Below are positions 57,772-64,000 of a stretch of 64,000 bases of DNA, piece by piece (position 1 is the stretch's first letter; each line of letters begins with the position of its first letter). The position numbers and the translations under genes are program-made. The notes beneath the pieces are model-generated. The model was not told where the DNA came from. It worked only from the letters and a program-made list of their open reading frames with translations, and made no database searches. Origin of the DNA: a virus (lineage: Duplodnaviria > Caudoviricetes); the IMG/VR virus record IMGVR_UViG_2872922060_000001, positions 1 through 64,000 of that record. One strand, written 5' to 3'.

Positions 57772-58190
57772 CACGCCTCCAGGGCAGCCGGGTCGCCGTC
57801 GGGCTCGCCGGGGTCGACTTCGGGGTGGGTAAAGCGGACCGGCTTGCCCAGGGAGCGGGCGTAGGCGATCTCCGCGCGGGTGGAGTCGCCGATGTAATCG
57901 CCGACGACCAGGACTTCGTCCGCGAGGCGGATCTTCGCGCGGTGCAGGTCGTCCAGGCGGGCCTTGAGAACTTCGGCGTCGGCGGGGTCGGCCCACAGGG
58001 GGTGGGGCTCCTTCATGTTGCAGCCGGGCTTTACGACGATGTGGCCGTTGGCGGTCTCGATGCGGTCGATTTCGGCCATGAGGTTCATGAAGCGGGTGGA
58101 GCCGCAGATGGCGACGATGCGGGGGATGCCGAGGCGGTTCTTGGCGTCGGCGAGTTGCTCTTCGGGGGTGAGGAGCTGGGGGTAGGTCAC
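57771..58190 (-). CDS. Nucleoside deoxyribosyltransferase-like (DUF4406-type) protein
   Basis: 'AICGS.RF', 'H..KI..AD.VLVV..YIG.ST..EI.YA...GKPV'. Confidence 0.75.
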   Translation of the reverse strand: MTYPQLLTPEEQLADAKNRLGIPRIVAICGSTRFMNLMAEIDRIETANGHIVVKPGCNMKEPHPLWADPADAEVLKARLDDLHRAKIRLADEVLVVGDYIGDSTRAEIAYARSLGKPVRFTHPEVDPGEPDGDPAALEA

Positions 58191-58320
58191 GGGTTCTCCT
58201 GGTCGAGGTGACGGGGGTTGGCCGTGGGGCGCTTCCCGGAGATTGCCTGTGGTAGACCAGCCTGCCGCTGTTTGGGCAGGGGGTTCCCTGTGGCGGTGGG
58301 GAGGAGGGTTCAACCAGGCC

Positions 58321-58352
58321 ACTGTACCGCGCTATGCATGGCACAGCAATGC
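58321..58352 (-). promoter_or_regulatory. Operator-overlapped promoter
   Basis: Minus strand GCATTGC-TGT-GCCATGC; TTGCTG-N17-TACAGT. Confidence 0.8.
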
Positions 58353-58510
58353 GTAGTGGGTGGGGTTGTTCAGGCGGCGCCGACCTCACCCCGCCACAAG
58401 ACGCCCCGTGAGACGCATGACCGCAGATGAGGCGCCCTGCCAGCCAACAGCGCCCGTGCGCCCCCCAAGCCCTCTGCCCCACCGGCCAGGCGCCGCGCAC
58501 CGTCGAAACC

Positions 58511-58738
58511 ATGGGCGCTACGAGGCAAGCACTGTGCGCGGGACGCGGGGACGGCAGCGACTGCCCGAACGGGGAAGTCCTGACGGTCGAGGACGGAGCT
58601 GCGGAGGTCCGGTGCGAGGAGTGCCGGCACTACTGGGAGCTGGACGAGACGGAGCCGGGCCGCCGCCCAGTCGTGGATGACGGGCTGACCCGGCCACTGG
58701 GGGATCCACGCGAAGCCGGCCACGGGACCGCGGCATAG
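58511..58738 (+). CDS. Possible small zinc-ribbon protein
   Basis: C...C...CEEC. Confidence 0.35.
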   Translation: MGATRQALCAGRGDGSDCPNGEVLTVEDGAAEVRCEECRHYWELDETEPGRRPVVDDGLTRPLGDPREAGHGTAA

Positions 58739-58808
58739 AACGGTGGCGTGAAGGACAGCACCAGCCCGCCCCGCCGTGGACGCCCGCCGACTAGCGCAGG
58801 ACGGGGTG

Positions 58809-59261
58809 CTACAGCACGGCGGCGAGGACGCCGGCCAGGGCGAGCGCGGTGATCCCGGCGCGGGTGCAGTCCACCGCGGCCCGGACCCGGCTGTACTTGC
58901 GGCGGGCCAGGGCGGCGAGAGCGCGTACCTCGTCCGGTCCCGGGCCGGCCGCCAGAGCGGCGGCCAACTCGTCGTGGGTCATCTCGGGCCACCGGGGCCA
59001 GCCGGGGCCGTGCAGGTTCGGTCGTACGGCGGTGAGGAGGATCAGTGTGGCGGTGAGGAGGAGGGCGGTGCCTAACCCGCCGGTCACGGTCACGGCGGCG
59101 GGGGGTCGGGTGTTGGCGGTGAGGGTGATGATGCCGGCGAGGCTGGTGCCGGTGAGGGCGAGGAGGAGGCTGGCTTTGGTGTCGCAGCGGGCGATGTGAG
59201 CGGTGAGGTCTTTCACGTGGTCGTGGCAGCGGTGGTCGGTTTCGGCCGGGGTGGTGGTCAT
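58809..59261 (-). CDS. Pycsar-effector-like (DUF5706) membrane protein
   Basis: 'I.R.D.KAS.LL', TM-TM, 'AVRP.L', 'LA.LA.RKY..VR.A' and a final TM. Confidence 0.8.
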   Translation of the reverse strand: MTTTPAETDHRCHDHVKDLTAHIARCDTKASLLLALTGTSLAGIITLTANTRPPAAVTVTGGLGTALLLTATLILLTAVRPNLHGPGWPRWPEMTHDELAAALAAGPGPDEVRALAALARRKYSRVRAAVDCTRAGITALALAGVLAAVL

Positions 59262-59348
59262 GAGCTGGTCCGTTCTATGTCGGGTGCTGGCATGGAAAAG
59301 CCCGGCCACAGTGGGGTCGCGGCCGGGCTCTGAGCGCGGAAGGCGTGG

Positions 59349-59528
59349 TCAGTCGCCGTAGTCCTCGGGCAGGCCATGGCGGCGCAGCCACTCGCCCTCG
59401 TAGTCGCTACGGCCGACGGCTTCGAAGGTGGCACGGGCGTCGTTGACCTCGTCGTCGGTCATCTGCGTGGAGGTCTTGTTCGCCCAGGTCTTGCCGGTGA
59501 GGTCGGGCCAGCGGTCGGCGGAGCCCAT
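59349..59528 (-). CDS. Small hypothetical protein (59 aa)
   Basis: GAAAGGG RBS; MGSADRWPD...EDYGD; hairpin at ~59299-59329 downstream. Confidence 0.5.
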   Translation of the reverse strand: MGSADRWPDLTGKTWANKTSTQMTDDEVNDARATFEAVGRSDYEGEWLRRHGLPEDYGD

Positions 59529-59581
59529 AGCGGTGCCCCTTTCGGTTGAGTGCCTGCTGGATGGGGTGTGGGTCTGGGCGG

Positions 59582-59893
59582 TCAGTCGCCGACCATCGTG
59601 CGGTACTCGTCGGTCATGTCCCGGACCACCTCGAGCACGACGGCCGCGCGGAGCAGGAGCCCCTCCCGGGTGTCGCCCTCGGTGTTGGCGGCCTCGGAGA
59701 GGAGCGTGCCCGCGGTCTGGAGGTCGTCGTGGCCGTTGATGCCGGCCTGGTGGAAGTTGTCGACGGCGTAGTCCAGGTGGTGGAGGAACTCGGTGAGGTT
59801 GGTGGCGGGGGTGGGGTTCTCGGCGACGTAGGCGAGGTTGTCGGCGTGCTGGGCGATGAGGCTGTCGACGGTGACCGTGGCGGTGGCGGTCAT
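59582..59893 (-). CDS. Hypothetical protein
   Basis: GAAAGG RBS; high GC3. Confidence 0.6.
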   Translation of the reverse strand: MTATATVTVDSLIAQHADNLAYVAENPTPATNLTEFLHHLDYAVDNFHQAGINGHDDLQTAGTLLSEAANTEGDTREGLLLRAAVVLEVVRDMTDEYRTMVGD

Positions 59894-59907
59894 GCGGGTC
59901 CTTTCGG

Positions 59908-60042
59908 CTACTTCAGCTGATGGAGGGCGGCGAGGATGCCCAGTGCGGTGAGGACGGCGTTGGCGCCGGCTGGTTCGAGTACGGCGAAGACGGCGAGGAG
60001 GGGCAGGAGGACATAGAAACGGGTCAGATCGTGGCCGGGCAT
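59908..60042 (-). CDS. Small hydrophobic peptide
   Basis: GGAG RBS; 44 aa with two hydrophobic segments. Confidence 0.45.
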   Translation of the reverse strand: MPGHDLTRFYVLLPLLAVFAVLEPAGANAVLTALGILAALHQLK

Positions 60043-60150
60043 GGGCTGTTGGGCTCCGTTCGGGTCGGGGATGATAGGCCGGCCCGGCCACGGTTGGGTG
60101 TGAGGGGGCACCGGTCGTTCTGGGTGTTCGGGCGGTGCCCCCGGGACATC

Positions 60151-60182
60151 AACGTACCCCATTAGACATGGCACTGCAATGC
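60151..60182 (-). promoter_or_regulatory. Operator-overlapped promoter
   Basis: Minus strand GCATTGC-AGT-GCCATGT; TTGCAG-N17-TACGTT. Confidence 0.75.
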
Positions 60183-60288
60183 ATAGGCGGGGATTGGTGG
60201 CGCCCCCATGCCGACCGTTCCCCGCGGCGCCCCCAGGCCCGAGAAGCCAGAGGCGCCGCGCGACAGGATGGGCGCAGCAAGCGACGTG

Positions 60289-61083
60289 TCAGAGATCCTC
60301 GTGAGGCGGAAGATCCCTGGCTGGCTTGAGACCATCCGGCATCGGCTTCGGCAGCAGCGTCCACAAGGCTCGACCTCGTTTCCCCCACTGCATGTCTGCC
60401 ATCCCAGTCTTCTGGAGTGCGCCGAGGCCCTTGGTCACTGAGGTCTTCGGCAATCGAGACCGTGCAGACAGGTCATCCCCGTGGAACGGAACGTGCAGTC
60501 CGAACAACTCGATCCCCAGTCCGTAGACTGCGCCACAAGACCGCGCAGCCTCCCCCGCGGGAGAGGACCGGTCCAGGACAAGCCAGTGGGGGCTTGCATG
60601 TGTAAGGACTCGTGGTTCGACCTTCCACAGGGCGCTAGTGACTGCGGACCGTGAGAGGCCGTAGCGGCTCGCCAGGTGATGCGCTGAGGGAAGTGCTGTC
60701 GCAGGCGGGAAGACTCCAGCTTCGATGTCATCCCTGACCATCCGTAGCGCCTCCGCCACGTACGCCTGGTCCTGGGTGCGGCGATCCTCGTTATCGATCT
60801 TGTTCTTGGGATTGCTGCGGTCGTACCGAGGGCCCTCTGTCTCGATGGCATGCAATTCCGCGATGCCGGCTTCGGTGCGGTTCGCGAACCAAGTCACTTC
60901 CTTCCTGGCTACTTCGTGCCACCACGGCTTTTCGCCTGCGTGGCTTCGCCAGCGTGACTTCGGGTCGCTCGTGATGCCGACGTACAGCAGCTCGCCAGCA
61001 GCGCCGTAGAAGCGGTACACCGCGGTGCAACCGGGAGCAGGCTGGCTTGGAAGGGGTCCTGTCGCTTCAGTCTCCTCGTTCAC
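60289..61083 (-). CDS. GIY-YIG nuclease-like domain fused to GntR-type wHTH
   Basis: 'AVYRFY....LLYVGIT..P..RW..H...WW...A...E..AI..E.P.Y' followed by 'G.FPP...LPS...LA.RYGLSR..V..AL'. Confidence 0.8.
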   Translation of the reverse strand: MNEETEATGPLPSQPAPGCTAVYRFYGAAGELLYVGITSDPKSRWRSHAGEKPWWHEVARKEVTWFANRTEAGIAELHAIETEGPRYDRSNPKNKIDNEDRRTQDQAYVAEALRMVRDDIEAGVFPPATALPSAHHLASRYGLSRSAVTSALWKVEPRVLTHASPHWLVLDRSSPAGEAARSCGAVYGLGIELFGLHVPFHGDDLSARSRLPKTSVTKGLGALQKTGMADMQWGKRGRALWTLLPKPMPDGLKPARDLPPHEDL

Positions 61084-62075
61084 GCGGTTACGTCCTCTCG
61101 GCAGTCAATGCACAGGGCGTCCTCGGTGGAGTTTCGCAGCGGCCTGTGACACTCCGGGCACTTCGCCTTCTGCCGTCGAGGAGCGGCCTGCTCGGCCGTA
61201 CGCGGACTTGGCAGCAGTGGAGCATCAGGAAGGTTGTCCGGGTCCAGGCGATGCCGGTAGACGGCAGCCAGGGACTTCGCAGAGTCCGTCTCCTCGGTCA
61301 GCTGCACTCGCAGCTTGTTCTCGGTCCAGCCTGCCGCCAGAGCCTCACCAACTCGCTGAATGAGGTGGTTCCTCTGCCGAGGGCCGGGAAGCCGCCCCCG
61401 ATACGGAAGGCTGTCCACGAAGGCGACCGCCGCGGGGTTCTGCTCTTCCTTCTGCTGCGGAGCATCCCCACCCCCTCCTCCCTCCTCATGGCCCTTGCTC
61501 GAAACCGGGACAGCAGCTTCTTCGCGCGCGGGGGAGGAGGAGGTACTTCCCCCTGGTTCTTTAACCCCGTAGGGGTTAACTCCCGCCTCACCGGCAGCCG
61601 GTCCACCGGGACCCGGTCGGCCGAAGTCCGGTCCACCGAAGTCCGGCGGAGCGGGATTCGGTCCGACCTGCGAAAACTCCGATTCGGTTGAGGTGGCCGG
61701 TACGACAGCAAGACGCGTACGGTTGACCGCCTTCGCCTTGCTCCATGGCTTGGGCAGGGTGGCTGGCAGTGACGCAGGATCCTGCGGTTCCTCGTAGATC
61801 GTCGTCTTGGTGACGAACCGCCCCCGGTCGCCCTGGATGCGTGTCCGTACGAGGTACCGCTCTTTCTCCAACTCGTTCATGTAGCCGGCGATGGCGCTCC
61901 GGCCTTCGGGGTTGTCAGCGGCCAGAGATCGAATGTCGACCTTTGCGCCAGGCGGCAGGCTGAGCAGGTACTCAGCCAGCCCGCGGGCGCCGAAAGAGAG
62001 CCGGTTGTTTTGAGCGAGGGCGTTGTCGATGATGACGAAGCCGCGCTGCTTCTTTGGACCACGCTCGATGTTCAC
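61080..62075 (-). CDS. Phage-type replication protein (wHTH, replisome organiser-like)
   Basis: 'F.II.N.LA....LSF.ARGL..YLLSLP....I..L......GR.AI.....EL...YL.R'; internal repeats; C-terminal CxxC...CxxC. Confidence 0.75.
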   Translation of the reverse strand: MNIERGPKKQRGFVIIDNALAQNNRLSFGARGLAEYLLSLPPGAKVDIRSLAADNPEGRSAIAGYMNELEKERYLVRTRIQGDRGRFVTKTTIYEEPQDPASLPATLPKPWSKAKAVNRTRLAVVPATSTESEFSQVGPNPAPPDFGGPDFGRPGPGGPAAGEAGVNPYGVKEPGGSTSSSPAREEAAVPVSSKGHEEGGGGGDAPQQKEEQNPAAVAFVDSLPYRGRLPGPRQRNHLIQRVGEALAAGWTENKLRVQLTEETDSAKSLAAVYRHRLDPDNLPDAPLLPSPRTAEQAAPRRQKAKCPECHRPLRNSTEDALCIDCREDVTA

Positions 62076-62313
62076 GCCGCCACCTCCGCGGTGCGGAGGA
62101 GCTTGCGGGGGCTACTTGCCGTGGTGCGGCTTGGTGCGGGTACCCTCACTTGTGGAGGCCCTTCTTATCGGGTGGGACTCGAAGATCCAGCGGGTTGCAG
62201 CCCGCTGGTTGCGCTCGAACGGCCGGCCTGAGGTAGCTGCGAACCTCCTCTGGGCTGGCCGTTCTGCGTATCCGGGTGCTGGGGCTGCGATCCCAGTACC
62301 GGTAAAGCGGTGC

Positions 62314-62619
62314 TCACTGGGCTGACGCGGGGTCGCGCGGTCGTCTAGCCGGGCCTCGCCCAGTGGGCGGGTACTTCTCGAGGTAGTCGAGCAGCACCTT
62401 CGTGCGCATCATGCGGGTCTTCCCGGCGATCAGATATGGCTCCTGGTCGGGGCCATCGCCGAACGGCCACCGCTGTTCTGCGGGCACCTTCTTGTTGCTT
62501 CTGGCGATGGCCATGTGTCGAAGACCGCGGGGCGTCATGCTTCCGGCGATGCCGCGGTTGACGATCAGCGCGGCGGCATCGGCGAACGAAATGTAATCGG
62601 GTGCTTGACGCTCAGTCAT
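62314..62619 (-). CDS. Excisionase/AlpA-like HTH protein
   Basis: 'ISF.DAA.L....G....MT..GLR..A...WP'. Confidence 0.6.
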   Translation of the reverse strand: MTERQAPDYISFADAAALIVNRGIAGSMTPRGLRHMAIARSNKKVPAEQRWPFGDGPDQEPYLIAGKTRMMRTKVLLDYLEKYPPTGRGPARRPRDPASAQ

Positions 62620-62769
62620 CGACGCACCCCATAGCGACTACTTCCGCTGAACGGCAGTAGAGTCTTCATTGGATCTCCTAGCGGGGATTCCCCACCGACG
62701 AAGATTTCGCAGGTCAGCGTCGTGTGGGGCGGCCGGCCGTGCCACTGGTGCGGTCGGCCGTACTACGTT

Positions 62770-63501
62770 TTACTCCTGAGGCCGGAGTGAAGTGGTCCAA
62801 CGAAGGATCGTGGAACCCTCAGCGACCTTGACAGCCACCTCGACAACGCGGCCATCCTCCAGCGTCACAGTACGGACTACCTGTGTCACGACGACCTCGC
62901 TGGCGGTCAGCCCCAGCGCTTCCTTCTCGGTCGTCGTGGCGAGCCGGCTCGTCACCTCCTCCAGCACCTGGTCCTGGGCAAGGCCCAGCCGTGAAGCCGC
63001 GAGCTCCCGCGAAGCGCCGGTAGACACCGGCTCCGTCAGCTCGGGAGTCACCGCGATGACGTAGGCCGGGTAGTAGCTGCTGCTCAGGTGGATCGGGAGC
63101 CCATTCCGGCTGACTACCCTGCGGCGCACCTGAACGGGCGTCCCAGGGGGAACGTCAAGCCGCGACGCCACCAGCTCGTCGGCACCGGTCGTGCCGACTT
63201 CCAAGATGCGCGAGCTCTCACCGCTATCGAGCGCGCTACCAGTCGCGCCGTGCAGCGCGACTCGTGTGGCGATGTTGTTGCTGACGGGACCGGCGACGAC
63301 TGTCGTCTTTCCGGGGCGCGTGAGCGTCAAGCCCTCCATCTTCAGCATCCGGAAGGCGCGGTGTGCAGTCGTGTGCGCCACGCCAAACTGCTCGCTGACT
63401 GCCTTGTAGCTTGGCATGTCGTCGCCGGGCCTCAGCGTCCCGTCGCGAATCTGCCGCCGGAAGTGCTCAGCGATCTCCGTGTATCCGGTGGTCTCGGGCA
63501 T
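62770..63501 (-). CDS. GntR/HutC (UTRA) family repressor, KorSA-like
   Basis: 'Y.EIA..FR..I..G.L.PGD.MPS......FGV...T..RA...L..EGL' plus a UTRA-like domain; AGGAGG-like RBS. Confidence 0.9.
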   Translation of the reverse strand: MPETTGYTEIAEHFRRQIRDGTLRPGDDMPSYKAVSEQFGVAHTTAHRAFRMLKMEGLTLTRPGKTTVVAGPVSNNIATRVALHGATGSALDSGESSRILEVGTTGADELVASRLDVPPGTPVQVRRRVVSRNGLPIHLSSSYYPAYVIAVTPELTEPVSTGASRELAASRLGLAQDQVLEEVTSRLATTTEKEALGLTASEVVVTQVVRTVTLEDGRVVEVAVKVAEGSTILRWTTSLRPQE

Positions 63502-63587
63502 GGTCGACCTCCTCTCTCTGTCATTTGGCTGCACCCCTCATCGCGTGCAGCGGTACACCCCTGAGGGTAATCCAAGAAAACATGTTG

Positions 63588-63601
63588 CGCTACTAGTAGC
63601 G
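63588..63601. promoter_or_regulatory. Palindrome in divergent region, putative GntR operator
   Basis: CGCTACTAGTAGCG. Confidence 0.5.
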
Positions 63602-63752
63602 AAGCGAGTCGAAACTAGTCTATGTTGGGGTTGTCGGGAACGACGGCGGCCCCAGAAACGCCGAACGGCCCGGGTGTGTCACCACCCGGGCCGCTCAGGG
63701 GCCCCGAAGGACCCGACAGATCGCTACCCGCCTTAACCAGGAGCGAACTGCC

Positions 63753-64000
63753 ATGCGAAACCGTATCGGACTCGCGCCCAGCACCACGCCAGCAACAAGC
63801 AGTGTCGTCGCACACAGCACCGGCACCATCGCCACCCCGGCGTCCGGCCCCGTCATCCCGATGCCCGGCCGGCTCACCGTCTCCTACTACGACCTGACCC
63901 TCCACACGGGGGCCGACCCGGCGCTCGACGAGGTCCCCGACGGGTCCGTCGTCTACGCGATCGGCACGATCACCGCTGTCTCTCAGTTCGACGGTGGCCG
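63753..64000 (+). CDS. Partial hypothetical protein (runs off the window), divergent from GntR
   Basis: AGGAG RBS; preceded by hairpin cggcccgggtg/cacccgggccg (63666-63693). Confidence 0.5.
   Translation, partial: MRNRIGLAPSTTPATSSVVAHSTGTIATPASGPVIPMPGRLTVSYYDLTLHTGADPALDEVPDGSVVYAIGTITAVSQFDGG

Noticed and set aside
238-63905. Many long overlapping or antisense ORFs (e.g. 7171-9468-, 10293-11906-, 12585-14351-, 40168-41886-)
   Set aside because: Shadow frames of high-GC coding DNA: Arg/Pro/Gly-rich, no motifs, overlapping well-supported genes.
1-64000. tRNA/rRNA genes, IS transposases
   Set aside because: No cloverleaf, rRNA or transposase motifs recognised by eye.

Overview
High-GC, Streptomyces-type phage-plasmid (plasmid prophage) segment. 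1-13 kb is a siphovirus tail and lysis module: tape measure, Dit, Tal-like, tail fibre, stand-alone PG-binding protein, amidase endolysin, holin-like proteins and a collagen-like protein. Next come thyX and dcd, then two convergent tyrosine recombinase-like genes with a dif-like site. 21-47 kb holds WYL and tandem RHH genes, Sak/Rad52, a C5-methyltransferase interrupted by an HNH gene, WhiB proteins, a Rep-like HTH protein, DciA, parABS, an exonuclease, RuvC-like, SSB, NERD and Ku. 48-64 kb is mostly minus strand and includes an MmyB regulator plus type III PKS pair, ASCH, a Pycsar-effector-like membrane protein, a GIY-YIG/GntR fusion, a second replication protein and a KorSA-like GntR. Main observations: (1) a phage-borne type III PKS next to a ligand-binding MmyB regulator, a candidate small-molecule signalling system; (2) a ParA with permuted motif order plus four perfect 16-bp parS-like palindromes; (3) six GCAT(T/G)GC-N3-GC(A/C)ATGC palindromes, five of them on the -35 of promoters; (4) small genes sharing a stop/RBS/start junction and a 50-bp terminator at two loci 33 kb apart; (5) an HNH insertion that supplies a new 3' end to the methyltransferase. 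All family calls come from motif recognition by eye; no database searches were run.
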